Shown here: one piece after another, positions 1-11,790 of the stretch
Position numbering within the stretch: the first letter of the stretch is position 1
Layout: each line of letters begins with the position of its first letter
From: Octopus sinensis
Lineage: Eukaryota
Assembly (NCBI RefSeq): GCF_006345805.1
Contig: NC_043005.1
Coordinates: 13,330,001-13,394,000 of the forward strand
Direction: 5' to 3'
Length of the DNA: 64,000 nucleotides
Made by a program: the position numbers and the translations under genes
Notes under the pieces: generated by a model
Seen by the model: the letters and a program-made list of their open reading frames with translations, nothing else
Database searches by the model: none
What the model was told of the DNA's origin: nothing

Positions 1-128
1 GAAGGGCTCGATATGAATCACGACTATAAGATACCCGGTTTTGGTTAAACTGCACCGCAAAATGTGGGAGTAGTTAGGAATCTAAATCGTAGGAGACAGA
101 CACACAACTTCACTTTTATATATAAAGA
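1..128 (-). mobile_element. Non-autonomous Helitron-type element, 5' end (continues off window)
   Basis: Reverse complement reads A|TCTTTATATATAAAAGTGAAGTTGTGTGTCTGTC: A|TC terminus followed by a TATATA tract and a GTCT-like repeat. Same architecture as the complete element at 35894-36230. Confidence 0.5.
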
Positions 129-435
129 TATATAAAAATTCAAATGTCGGAGTTCTTTGAGAGTGTAAAGTTTAGGAAATGTTGTTCAGGAGCCTCCTTA
201 TGTCTTAAGAGAACATAGATCTCTACCTAGAAGGTTTACATTAAGTTTCAGAGCCCTTTCGTAAGGAAGACAGACAGTTGCCGATGCGTGCAGGCCTTCT
301 CTTTCCCCGGCACTGATACAATCCGAGATAAAAAAAAAAAAAGGAGGAAGAATTGCTACAACTTGGCACTAATGTAATCGCATCCTTTGCCATCAGAATA
401 ACAGCATTACATTCGTTTGATGATCTAAACAATAA

Positions 436-515
436 CGCCAATCCGCAAATTCGCCAATCCGCAAATCCGCCAATCCGAAAATCCGCCAATCCGCCAATCC
501 GCAAATCCGCCAATC
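436..515. repeat. 8-bp minisatellite (AATCCGCC/AATCCGCA) x ~9.5
   Basis: Direct reading: aatccgca aattcgcc aatccgca aatccgcc aatccgaa aatccgcc aatccgcc aatccgca aatccgcc aatc. Confidence 0.9.
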
Positions 516-800
516 TAGACACGTACTTTACCGAAAAAAATGAAACAAAGTTGATTTGAGTAGAAATTGAACTGAGAATGATGAGAGCAGGAGTGATTAT
601 TGCAAACCTTTCTATCTGTTTCTCTAACGACACTGCCAAACTTCTACAAAACTAAAAAGCTGACTTTCCACTGACCCCATTGCTAAACAGGAAGAGGAAG
701 TGAAAGCCCGGTTACAATCTCAATACCAGGCGCATACTTCGGTCTACGCTTGATCTAATAGTGTAGATCAATTACGGAGACGACCAGTGCAAACACATAC

Positions 801-1582
801 CTATTTCTTTATTGCCCACAAGGGGCTAAACATAGAGGGGACAAACAAGGACAGACATAGGTATTAAGTCGATTACATCGACCCCAGTGCGAAACTGGTT
901 CTTTATTTATCGACCCCGAAGGACGAAAGGCAAAGTGGACCTCGGAGGAATTGAACTCAGAACGTAACGACAGACGAAATACCTATTTCTTTATTACCCA
1001 CAAGGGGCTAAACATAGAGGGGACAAACAAGGACAGACATAGGTATTAAGTCGATTACATCGACCCCAGTGCGAAACTGGTACTTTATTTATCGACCCCG
1101 AAAGGACGAAAGGCAAAGTGGACCTCGGAGGAATTTGAACTCAGAACGTAACGACAGACGAAATACCTATTTCTTTATTACCCACAAGGGGCTAAACATA
1201 GAGGGGACAAACAAGGACAGACATAGGTATTAAGTCGATTACATCGACCCCAGTGCGAAACTGGTACTTTATTTATCGACCCCGAAAGGACGAAAGGCAA
1301 AGTGGACCTCGGAGGAATTTGAACTCAGAACGTAACGACAGACGAAATACCTATTTCTTTATTACCCACAAGGGGCTAAACATAGAGGGGACAAACAAGG
1401 ACAGACATAGGTATTAAGTCGATTACATCGACCCCAGTGCGAAACTGGTACTTTATTTATCGACCCCGAAAGGACGAAAGGCAAAGTGGACCTCGGAGGA
1501 ATTTGAACTCAGAACGTAACGACAGACGAAATACCGCTAAGCATTTCGGCCGCCCTGCTAACGTTTCTGCCAGCTTGCCGCC
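801..1582 (-). mobile_element. SINE family A tetramer (one full tRNA-head monomer + three head-truncated 182-184 bp monomers)
   Basis: Junction GACGAAATAC|CTATTTC at 982/983, 1166/1167 and 1350/1351. Full head (GGCGGC...GGCAGAAACGTTAGC) only in the last unit. B-box-like GTTCTGAGTTCAAATTCC. Approximate TSD AGGTATGT(G/A)TT. Confidence 0.9.
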
Positions 1583-2312
1583 TTAATACATACCTAACAC
1601 ATACCTAACAAACAACCATCGTGTAAACACCGTAGGTGGACACAAAACTCAGTAGGACAGGACGAACAAGGAAATATGCCGCTGTGTCCAAGTGAGAAAA
1701 ATTAAGGAGCTAATTCCGTTGTTGTGTTATTTGCTCCTCCTCCGCCTACCTCAGTGAGTATGGATGATGTCGAAATATATTGTTTGCAACAACTAATAAC
1801 GTCTTTCTTCATGAACAAAACACAAGTCATTATTAAATCAGAGGAAATATAACGAACCCACTTAGAACAAGACCGACACTGAAACATCACTATCATCGAT
1901 ACAAACGAAAATAAAAACAGCTCAGCATTTATGAGAAATTACATAAACAATCTGCCAAGTACAAACAGTTACAGAGGTGTCTCATTAAAAGGATAACCAT
2001 CAAACAAAAAAGGCTTGCTTTCTACTGCTACGTGAGATCGATAGACTAAAGAACTACAGCTAATAATAATACATCTGTATTATACACATAAGGCACTAGC
2101 ACTTTCAAAGAGAGAAACGTTGAAAGGAATAAAAGCCAATATGAAATACAAGATCTAATCTCAAATATATTAGCGAACGTACACAGATTTATAGGAAATA
2201 ATAAAAAATATATAATTACGAAGGGGGAGCACTAAGCATTGATAAGTAAAACTGCAATGTTATTATCAGTCCGAATATGCTGGATGCACGTTCGAACTGG
2301 AGAACAAGCTAC

Positions 2313-2738
2313 GGATCTTTTCGGTTTGAACGGCAGTTTTTAACATAATTTCTAGGTAACTAAAACATTTTAAACTTCGTATACTGGTAGAATGTGTTTA
2401 TAAAACATCTTTTTCTCTTGGCTTTATTGAGAAAATTCTATAGTTTGTAAGATATTTGTTGTTTTTTTTCTTTAATTTCTGCAATTTCAACCAATCAATG
2501 ACGTCCATTGAGGTAAACAACATTCTGTGCCGTATGAATATGTCCCTCGTTTAAGAAACAGATTGGGTTTATTTACATTTGTGAAGAAAAAATATACCCT
2601 TCCCCCCACACCTAACCCTAACTAAACCTACCCCTAAAACAGATTGAAATGCAATAGATCGATACTAGGGTCATAATTATGGGTGACAATTTCATATGAC
2701 ACTGCTAGAAAAAACTGCCGTTCAAACCGAAAAGATCC
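2313..2738. mobile_element. MITE, 426 bp, TIR GGATCTTTTCGGTTTGAACGGCAGTTTTT, 8-bp TSD CAAGCTAC (Merlin- or hAT-like; superfamily uncertain)
   Basis: Perfect ~29-bp TIRs; CAAGCTAC at 2305-2312 and 2739-2746; other copies at 30961 and 59359. Confidence 0.85.
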
Positions 2739-2754
2739 CAAGCTACTCATTGTG

Positions 2755-2933
2755 TTTTGTCACGGAGAGTGGATCTCGCATGTTGACATATGGTGTGTAG
2801 ACACATAGATCAGCTCGCAGCGCCATCTACGTAGACTGTGAGATGCTAGTATCTAGATAGCAGGCGCTGCGCGCTGATCTACGTGTATACATACCGTTTG
2901 TGAACAGGCGAGATATATTCCCCTGTGACAAAA
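2755..2933. mobile_element. Small palindromic MITE-like element (~70-bp arms, roughly 75-80% self-complementary)
   Basis: Left arm tcacggagagtggatctcgcatgttgacatatggtgtgtagacacatagatcagctcgcagcgcc aligns to the reverse complement of the right arm ggcgctgcgcgctgatctacgtgtatacataccgtttgtgaacaggcgagatatattcccctgtga. Confidence 0.65.
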
Positions 2934-3010
2934 AGGAGTAAGTAGTTTGTTCCCCAGTTCGAACGTGCATCAAACATTTTCAGATTGATTATAGTATTAC
3001 AAAAATATAC

Positions 3011-3314
3011 TTGTTTGTTCCTTCTCTAGCCACGCCAGGCTCATAAGGGCCGGTTTCCCGGTTTCCTTGACGTATAGGTTCCCCATCTGGACGGGACGCC
3101 GGTCCGTCGCAGGTGAGCTGCAAGATGCAGGAGGAATGAGTGAGAGAAAGTTGTGGCGAAAGAGTCAGCAGACATTCGCCATTACCTTCTGCCGGAGCCG
3201 CGTGAAACTTAGGTGTTTCGCTCATAAACACACACATCGCACGGTCTGAGATTCGAACCCGCGATCCCTCGACCGCGAATCCTCTGCTCTAAACACTAGG
3301 CCATGTGCCTCCAC
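3011..3314 (-). mobile_element. tRNA-derived SINE family D (head shared with family C; tail TGCGA(T/C)GGACCGGCGTCCCGTCCAG...CCCTTATGAGCC)
   Basis: Reverse-complement match to the copy at 10137-10432; A/B-box-like motifs in the head. Confidence 0.8.
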
Positions 3315-3514
3315 ACAAAAATATATAACATCCAAGAATAAGACATCTTTGTGGTCAGGATTGGCACTACTCACTAAACGAATTAGGGCAGCTAAAATCC
3401 TAAAGGATGTCAAAAGAAACGAAAACATAATTTCCTCAACAATAAAAAAAAGCACACAAAACCCCACCAATTTTTTCAAATTTTTTGCACAACGCCAATA
3501 ATTTCAGAGAGAAC

Positions 3515-3890
3515 TAAGTCAATTACATCAACCCCAGTGCTCAACTGGTACTTGTTTTATCGACTCCGAAAGGATGAAAAGCAAAACTGACCTTGGCAGA
3601 ATTTGAACGTAAAGACGGACGAAATGCCACCTAGCATTTTGTTTGGCTTCCTAACAATTATGCTAGCTCGCTGCCTTAATAACAATAATAATCTTTTCTA
3701 CTATAGGCACAAGGCCTGAAATTGTTGGAGAAGAGACTAGTCAATTACGTCGACCTCAGTGTTTCACTGATACTATCGATCCCTAAATAATGAAAGGCAA
3801 AGTAGACTTTGAACTCAGAACGTAGGTACGGACGAAATGTCGCTGAACATTTCTCCGGCGTGCTAACGATTCTACCGGCTCGTCACCATA
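3515..3890 (-). mobile_element. Two diverged family A SINEs (tail type b/c)
   Basis: Degenerate ccgaaaggatgaaaggcaaagtcgacc core occurs twice, each with head remnants. Confidence 0.7.
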
Positions 3891-4014
3891 ATAATAAGAA
3901 TTATTATTATTATTATATTATTATTATTATTATATTTCATTTATTAGCCACTAGGGCTGACATATAGGGGACGATATGGACAGTGGGAATTTTACATAGA
4001 AACAACGAGTACAC

Positions 4015-4520
4015 AATTAAGTACCAGTTGCCCACTGGGATCGATCTAATCGACTGGCCACCTCCCCCAAAATTTCGAGCCTTGTGCCTAGAGTAGAAAA
4101 GAATAATTTCGGGTGGTAAGGCGGCGAGCTGGCAGAAACGTTAGCACGCCAGGCGAAATGCTGAGCGGTATTTCGTCTGCCGCTACGTTCTGTGTTCAAA
4201 TTCCGCCGAGGTCGACTTTGCCTTTCATCCTTTCGGGGTCGATTAAATAAGTACCAGTTACGCACTGGGATCGATGTAATCGACTTAATCCGTTTGTCTG
4301 TCCTTGTTTGTCCCCTCTGTGTTTAGCCCCTTCTAGGTAGTAAATAAATAGGTATTTCGTCTGCCGCTACGTTCTGAGTTCAAATTCCGCCGAGGTCGGC
4401 TTTGCCTTTCATCCTCTCGGGTTCGATAAATTAAGTACCAGTTGCGTACTGGGGTCAATCCAATCGACTAGCCCCCTCCCCTAAAATTTCGGACGTTGTG
4501 CCTAGAATAGAAAATAATTT
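4015..4520 (+). mobile_element. Family A cluster: type-b 3' fragment, then heterodimer (full type-a monomer from 4120 + truncated type-b monomer; junction 4351/4352)
   Basis: aaataaatag|gtatttcgtctg; the second monomer ends in tail ...aaaatttcggacgttgtgcctagaatagaaa. Confidence 0.85.
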
Positions 4521-5139
4521 ATATTTCTTACCTCTGTCACAGAAATTAATTACAGAAAAAGAAAAAAATAGTTTTTATCCAGATCAAGCATTAATTATTG
4601 TATCGGATTCAAAAGAAATATATAACAGTTTACAGTAATGAACAATGAATCACATTTCCTCCTGTCTCTAGACCTCCATCGACGTTTCAGGATGGAAGGT
4701 CAGATTACTTCTATCAGTTTCGTTTTTCTTTTTTACACTAATCTTCTCACTTCAATTGTAATCCCGGAGGCATGAAACTACAACGGCCCCTACAGCTCCG
4801 CTTAGAGGTAGCTAGAGAATAACAAACTTATCTATAGTTTCCATTGTCACAATTCTCCAACCGAGCAAATCCACCGTCTATTTTGTGATTTATTCATTTC
4901 TTTATTTATTTATTTATTTATATATTTATTTATTTTGTGATCTATTAATTTTTATTATGACTGGCAAATAGTCAAATTATTGGCTACCGGTTTCTAACGA
5001 CTGTCCCTTTTCATTTGCGCCGCTCACAAGACACTTTAGCCCCCACCCCCAACTTCAGCAATTTTCGATACACTCAAAAGCTCAGTTGTGTTCCAGAATG
5101 GAGTATTGCTCTCGTATCTGGGACTCTACTTCTTATTTA

Positions 5140-5550
5140 TTTATTTATTGCCCACAAGGGGCTAAACATAGAGGGGACAAATAAGGACAGACAAAGGGAA
5201 TAAGTCGATTACATCGACCCAGTGCGTAACTGGTACTTAATTTATCGACCCTGAAAGGATGAAAGGCAAAGTCAACCTCGGCTGAATTTGAACTCAGAAC
5301 GTAACAGCAGACGAAATACATATTTCTTTACTACCCACAAGGGGCTAAACACAGAGAGGACAAACAAGGACAGACAAAGGGAATAAGTCGATTACATCGA
5401 CTCAAGTGCGTAACTGGTACTTAATTTATCGACCCCGAAAGGATAAAAGGCAAAGTCGACCTCGGCGGAATTTGAACTCAGAACGTAACGGCAGACGAAA
5501 TGCCGGGGAGCATTTCGCCCGGCGTGCTAACGTTTCTGCCAGCTCGCTGC
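5140..5550 (-). mobile_element. Family A dimer (junction ~5319)
   Basis: gacgaaatac|atatttctttactacc; full head ending at 5550. Confidence 0.85.
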
Positions 5551-5701
5551 TTCAGCTACGAACACGGACATGCTAGATCGCAACTAGAAACGTTCTCCCG
5601 ACTGAGTGGAATAAAGTAACTCACAAAGAGTCTCTTGTCTCTAGCTTACAGGTGTGCTCTTTCCCCTCTCTGCTATCTCTACAGGTACTATTATGGGATC
5701 T

Positions 5702-6085
5702 GTGGAGGCGCAATGGCCCAGTGGTTAGGGCAGCGGACTCGCGGTCGTAGGATCGCGGTTTCGATCCCCAGACCGGGCGTTGTAAGTGTTTATTGAGCGA
5801 AAACACCTAAAGCTCCACGAGGCTCAGGCAGGGGGTGGTGGTGATCCCTGCTGTACTCTTTTACCACAACTTTCTCTCACTCTTACTTCCTGTTTCTGTT
5901 GTACCTGTATTTCAAAGGGCCGGCCTTGTCACTCTCTGTGTCACGCCGAATATCCCCGAGAACTACGTTAAGGGTACACGTGTCTGTGGAGTGCTCAGCC
6001 ACTTACACGTTAATTTCACGAGCAGGCTGTGCCGTTGATCGGATCAACCAGAACCCTTGTCGTCGTAACCGACGGAGTGCTTCCA
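5702..6085 (+). mobile_element. tRNA-derived SINE family C (~380 bp)
   Basis: GGAGGCGCAATGGCCCAGTGGTTAGG...GGTTTCGATCCC head; ends GTCGTCGTAACCGACGGAGTGCTTC; near-identical copies at 60064, 61234 and 63441. Confidence 0.9.
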
Positions 6086-6619
6086 ACATTATGGGATCTA
6101 TCCCTTGAGCTGATTGGGCTCACGCTATCTCCATTCGGAGATATCCGCTCGACTAGTCTTTTCCATCATTATCCTCGTTATATTCCCAAACCTTCAAGCT
6201 CCACATATATCACTAAGCCCAAACCTTCCTTCCGAGAACATCGGTCCTTTGGAATTCTTCCTCCGCTTATAATCTTTTCCACTGATCTTAACTTTCAAAG
6301 ATTCATAAGAAATATTAATGGCTTCAATGTCATGGATTTAGGCGGGTCTGCGAAGGATCTAGGAACCGTTCTTTAACCTCCAGCAAGTAAAAAAACCCAA
6401 AACAAACAAAAAACAAAACAAAAAACAAGCAAAAAGCAAAACAAAAACAAACATAACTCCCAGGTCAATAACTGATTTGTTGAATTCATATCCACAAGTG
6501 ACAAGGGAGATCCTGTAACCCGGTGCTGAACAACACATATCAAAGGACCCTGATATTTATATGGGAAGGAAGATACACACTCTCACGTGTATGTACTTCT
6601 TGGAAATAAAAATCTCTCA

Positions 6620-6784
6620 GGCGCAGGAGTGGCTGTGTGGTAAGTAGCTTGCTTACCAACCACATGGTTCCGTGTTCAGTCCCACTGCATGGCACCTTGG
6701 GAAAGTGTCTTCCTCTATCGCCTCGGGCCGACCAAAGCCTTGTGAGTGGATTTGGTAGACGGAAACTGAAAAAAGCCTGTCGTA

Positions 6785-6861
<77 letters not shown>

Positions 6862-7069
6862 TTGTGTTTGTGTGTCTGTGTTTGTTCCCAGCATCGCTTG
6901 ACAACCGATGCTGGTGCGTTTACGTCCCCGTAACTTAGCAGTTCGGCAAAAGAGACCGATAGAATAAGTACTAGGCTTACAGAGAATAAGTCCTGGGGTC
7001 GATTTGCCCGATTAAAAGGCGGTGCTCCAGCATGGCCGCATTCAAATGACTGAAACAAGTAAAAGAGTA
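6620..7069 (+). mobile_element. tRNA-derived SINE family B (CORE-like segment, internal (TA)n(TG)n, tail ...GACTGAAACAAGTAAAAGAGTA); possibly the published octopus OR2-type SINE (unverified)
   Basis: GGCGCAGGAGTGGCTGTGTGGTAAG head, B-box GGTTC..TCCC, GCACCTTGGG(C/A)AAGTGTCTT CORE-like motif; at least 15 copies in the window. Confidence 0.9.
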
Positions 7070-7496
7070 CTTTTCCGAAGTCTATCTCTGTCACTGATGT
7101 TACGCTCTTTACTTAAACTTCCAGAGACTGCGTTTGCCTATCTGTGGATATCACTCTCCGTGTCACTCACCTTCCTTATCAGTGACAAATACATGTTCTT
7201 CCTCTACCTCTTTCCGTCCCTCCAGTCACATATCTTCTCACATCAAGAACATCTGTTGCACGTTACGTCTCTCCGGTGTCATCGTCCTCTGAGGCTTCAA
7301 TCAATACAAACGTTTCGTACTTCTTACAACGACCCCATACTAATGGCCAATGCAGAAACTGAATTTTCACGCTCCTTAACCCATCAAATCAACTAGTCTG
7401 ACGCTTTACTCGCATTCCTGACTGATACACAGACACCGTAATCAAATTCATTCTCTTTCTCAACTCCTGACATCAAATTTATCAAAACCATCCTCA

Positions 7497-7890
7497 AGCG
7501 TGGCTGTGTGGTAAGAAGCTTTCTTCCCAACCACATGGTTCCGGGTTTTCTCCTGCTGCGCGAATGCACCTTGGGCCAGTGTCTTCTATTGCCGCCTCGG
7601 GCCGACTATAGCCTTGTGGGTAGATTTGGTAAACAGAAACCGAAAGAAGCTTGTCGTATGTATGTATATATCTGTATCTATGTGTGCGTGTCTTTCTGTC
7701 TGTGTTTGTCCCCTTCCACCACTTGACAACCGGCGATGGTTTGTTACATTCCTATAACATAGCGATTCGACTCATAGAATAAGTACCAGCTTTAAAAAGT
7801 TTCCTGGGCTTGATTTGTTCAACAAAAAATTCTTCAAGGCAGTGCTCCAGCATGGCCACAGTCTAACGACTGAAACAAGTAAAAGAATAA
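7497..7890 (+). mobile_element. Diverged family B SINE
   Basis: Same head and tail motifs as 6620 with many substitutions. Confidence 0.8.
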
Positions 7891-8798
7891 AGAATCTGAA
7901 CTTCTCGAACCATCCAGTTACTGCCTTAACACGATTACTCACCATACAAATACTTACTATACAGCAACATCCTCTACCTTTCGGACTAAATGGTGTTCTA
8001 AATCAGTCGAATGATCAAGATCTTCGCCACTCGAGCGAAGGCATATGATTCACCCTCTCCTGACTCATCCGAAACAGTTACACGGATGACTGAAACCTTC
8101 CTCGTAGACATATTCCATCACGTCTAGATCTCAACTAAACCGAAATACATAACCCTAAATCCACCCCCAGTCTATAGTTCACTCGTAACTGTATCGCAGT
8201 AACTCGGGTAAAGAACACAGGATACAACGCTAAGAGATGCAGTCTTAGAATCCTATCAACGAGATAGCGCTTCCTCAGCATCAAAACTCCAAGAAAACTA
8301 TCCACCGTAGAACAAAGGATAACCCTGTTTATCACACCGATAGTGATCGATCACGTCTGCACGAACCTCGACTGACCCTTTCCGTCGTTTGCTAAAAGGT
8401 TCCCTTCCAGCCTGGAATTAGCGCGTAAACGGCCTAGAATACTACTCAGTATAATTCGCAGGCCGAATCTAGACTTTTACATTATATATTATTATTATTA
8501 TAATTGTTTTTTGTACTTATATTCGTATTATTTTTTGTTTTTTTTTGGTATTTATATTCGTGTAGCATCGCCCGTTTTTCTGTCCTTGTTTCGTATACAT
8601 TCGATCCTTTTTCCAAGAAATCTAATGCTCGTAGCTTAGTTTTTCCTTGAGGCTGGCCAGATCGGAGCAATCTCAAGATTAATCAGCCGAAATTGCGAGG
8701 ATGACCCGGTTCTTGACTGAAGATTAGAGGCTTCGAATGACCCATCCGTGTTTTTTGTATCGTCTATTTGAATGTTTTGCATTCTTGTCCCAATTTTG

Positions 8799-8830
<32 letters not shown>

Positions 8831-9588
8831 GGGAGAGAGAGAGAGAGAAGGGGAATCAATCCTCTGTACGAGTTATATTTATTGACTCAGGAAAGATGAA
8901 AGGCAAATATTCTCACAGTGGGATTTGAACTCAGAATTGCAGAATAGAAATCTACAAGACATATTGGACGCTTTAACGATTCAGCTAATTCGTCGTCTGG
9001 CTATAAACTATGAAATATAATACCGTATCAAGCGATAAAGCCAACTAAAATAACTATCATTTATCCATTACTTCACAAAACTCTCATCAGTTAAACATTA
9101 TGCAAGATAATATGATTTACTAGAAAACCGTTATTATATGTTAGTAGTTTTACTGTTTTTTTTCTTTTTTTTGCTATGTATGATATTTCAATGGAACAAA
9201 AAGGAAACAAAATTATCGGAAACCATTTCATATTCAATTTTCCTCCACATTGATTATCATTGCAGTATCGAAAGACACCTTTGGATATCATATTTTCACA
9301 CAATGATTTTGTTCAAGACATCAAAGATAACTATAAAACGAATTCTCAAAGTAATGTTGCCGCCATTTGCAAATTTAAAGATGAAAGATAAAATAATAAT
9401 TTTTTTTTTTTCTCTTGACAGTTTGTGTTTATCATTCAGAATCACACTTTCAAACGTTTGCTGTACTTGTCTCCGAAGTCTTCAGTCTTCAAGTAAAATG
9501 TCTACGTAGACACAAAGCGAAAGATTCGAAAATGTGGATGCTTGTCTGTCATGAATTTTGTAAGATCATTAGTGGTGTTAGGAAGCGA

Positions 9589-9589
<1 letters not shown>

Positions 9590-9674
<85 letters not shown>

Positions 9675-9722
9675 CCATCATCATGATTATTATTATTACT
9701 ATTATTATTAATATTATTATTA

Positions 9723-9759
<37 letters not shown>

Positions 9760-9864
9760 ATTATTATTATTATTATATATTATTATATTATCATTATTAT
9801 ATTATTATTATCATTATTATTATTATTATTATTATCATATTATTATTATATTATATTATTATTA

Positions 9865-9898
<34 letters not shown>

Positions 9899-9990
9899 TA
9901 TTATTATTATTATTATTATTATTTTATTATTATTATTATTATTTTATTATTATTATTTTATTATATTATTATTATATTATTATTATTACA
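9590..9990. repeat. Compound trinucleotide microsatellite (AAT)n-(CAT)n-(TAT)n
   Basis: Direct reading; source of the poly-I/N/H/Y pseudo-ORFs. Confidence 0.95.
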
Positions 9991-10136
9991 TTGCGAAACT
10001 AACAGAATTTTGGAAAGCGGAAAAATTAACTACTAATGCAGATGCATTAGAATATACAGTTTTACTAATCTATAGTCTAGACCAATACCGTCGTCGCTAA
10101 ATCAGTCAATGTTTATTAATGCGTTATATGTTATAG

Positions 10137-10432
10137 AGTGGAGGCACATGGCTTTGTGGTTAGAGCAGTGGACTCGCGGTCGAGGGATCGCGGGTTCGAA
10201 TTTCAGACCGGGAGATGTGTGTGTTTATGAGCGAAACACCTAAGCTCCACGTGGCTCCGGCAGTAGGTAATGGTGAACTTCTGTTGACTCTTTCACCACA
10301 ACTTTCTTCCTGCATCTTGCAGCTCACCTGCGACGGACCGGCGTCCCGTCCAGGTGGGGAACCAATACGCCAAGGAAACTAGGAAACTGGCCCTTATGAG
10401 CCAGGCATGCCTCGAGAAGGAACAAACAAAAA
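10137..10432 (+). mobile_element. SINE family D
   Basis: gtggaggcacatggctttgtggttagagc head; matches 3011-3314 in the opposite orientation. Confidence 0.85.
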
Positions 10433-10734
10433 CATATGTAATAGAAGCAGATGAAGTTATAACAGCCATCTATGTATTAATGGATCGATGCTCATTATAA
10501 TGAGTGGCAATATAAAATTTCCTGGAGAAGATATAATTAAGTGGGACATATCATACTTAACGAAGTGACCCCAGTAAATGGTTAATCAATTAAAAGCTCC
10601 CTAACACACACACACACACATACACGTGTGTGTTTGTGCATGAAGCCTGGTGCAGATTTCAGGTTGCCGTCCAACCCATGCCAGCATGGAAAACAGACGT
10701 TGAATGATGATAATGATGATGATGCTGTCATATT

Positions 10735-10990
10735 CTTTTATTCATTCATTCTTTTACTTGTTTCAGTCATTTGAGACTGCGGCCAAGCTGGAGTACCGCC
10801 TTTAGTTGAACGAATCGACTCCGGGACTTATACGACGGCCTTCTTTCAGTTTCTGTCTGCCAAATCCATTCACAAGGTCTTGGTCGGCCCGAAATTATGG
10901 TAGAAGACACTTGCCGAAGGTGCCACGCAGTAGCACTGAACCCGGAACCATGCGGCTGGCAAGCAAGCTACTTACCACACAGTCATGCCA
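10735..10990 (-). mobile_element. Family B SINE with internal deletion
   Basis: Tail and head present; central microsatellite segment missing. Confidence 0.75.
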
Positions 10991-11164
10991 ACACCTATAA
11001 TATATAAACAGTTTGGTTCTGTTCTATGTAACTTCAAGTTTCGTGGGATCGTAAAACAAACCTTGCTCTTCAGGCTTAGGAAACCGATTTGATGGAGTTC
11101 AAGGTGGCTACTGGAGATTGGGCTGCTATGAATCAGCGCATGTTACACGGTGTTGTTAATCTTC

Positions 11165-11790
11165 TTTTCTACTCTAGGCACAAGGCCCGAAATTTTGGGT
11201 GAGGGATCCAGTCGATTACATCGACCCCAGTACGCAACTGGTACTTAATTTATCGACCCCGAAAGGATGAAAGGCAAAGTCGACCTCGGCGGAATTTGAA
11301 CTCAGAACATAAAGACAGACGAAATACCGCTAAGCATATCACCCGGTGTTCTAACGTTTCTGCCAGCTCTCGGCTCTTTAAAAATATTCTTTTTTACTCT
11401 AGGCACAAGGCACGAAATTTTTCGGGAGGGAGCCAGTCGATTAGATCGACCCCAGTACGCAAACTGGTACTTAATTTTTCGATACCGAAAGTATGAAAGG
11501 CAAAGTCGACCTCGGTGGAATTTCAACTCAGAATGTAACGGCAGACGAAATACCTATTTCTTTACTGCCCACAAGGGCCTAAACACAGAGAGAACAAACA
11601 AGGACTGATGAACGAATTAAGTCGATTACATCGACCCCAGTGTGTAACTGGTACTTAATTTATCGACTCCGAAAGGATGAAAAGCAAAGTCGACCTCGGC
11701 GGAATTTGAACTCAGAATGTAACGGCAGACGAAATACGGCTACGCATTTCGCCTGGCGTGCTAACGTTTCTGCCAGCTCGCCGCCTTACG
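11165..11790 (-). mobile_element. Family A cluster: type-b monomer, then heterodimer type-b(truncated)/type-a(full), junction 11553/11554
   Basis: gcagacgaaatac|ctatttctttactgccc; different tails on either side of the junction. Confidence 0.85.

Noticed and set aside
801-1582. CRISPR-like array or functional tRNA cluster
   Set aside because: Units are long identical SINE monomers with no unique spacers, the context is eukaryotic, and the tRNA-like heads lack complete cloverleaves.
1600-2280. Possible decayed LINE RT
   Set aside because: Only vague similarity; no recognisable RT motif.
6100-8420. Possible ancient Penelope/LINE coding remnants between SINEs (6100-6380, 7070-7490, 7900-8420)
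   Set aside because: Composition suggests decayed coding DNA, but no diagnostic motif could be read; needs a translated HMM search.
8710-8750. CTGAAGA..CGAA hammerhead-like string
   Set aside because: Lacks GAAA and NUH geometry; helices I and II do not pair.
9415-10036. Long ORFs with poly-I/N/H/Y/M (and similar YI/HT/VC-repeat ORFs throughout)
   Set aside because: Translations of microsatellites; no codon or domain evidence.
11020-11080. Hammerhead candidate on the minus strand (CUGAAGA..GAAACUUGAAGUU)
   Set aside because: Core and helix III-like pairing are present, but helix I cannot be formed; at best a decayed remnant.
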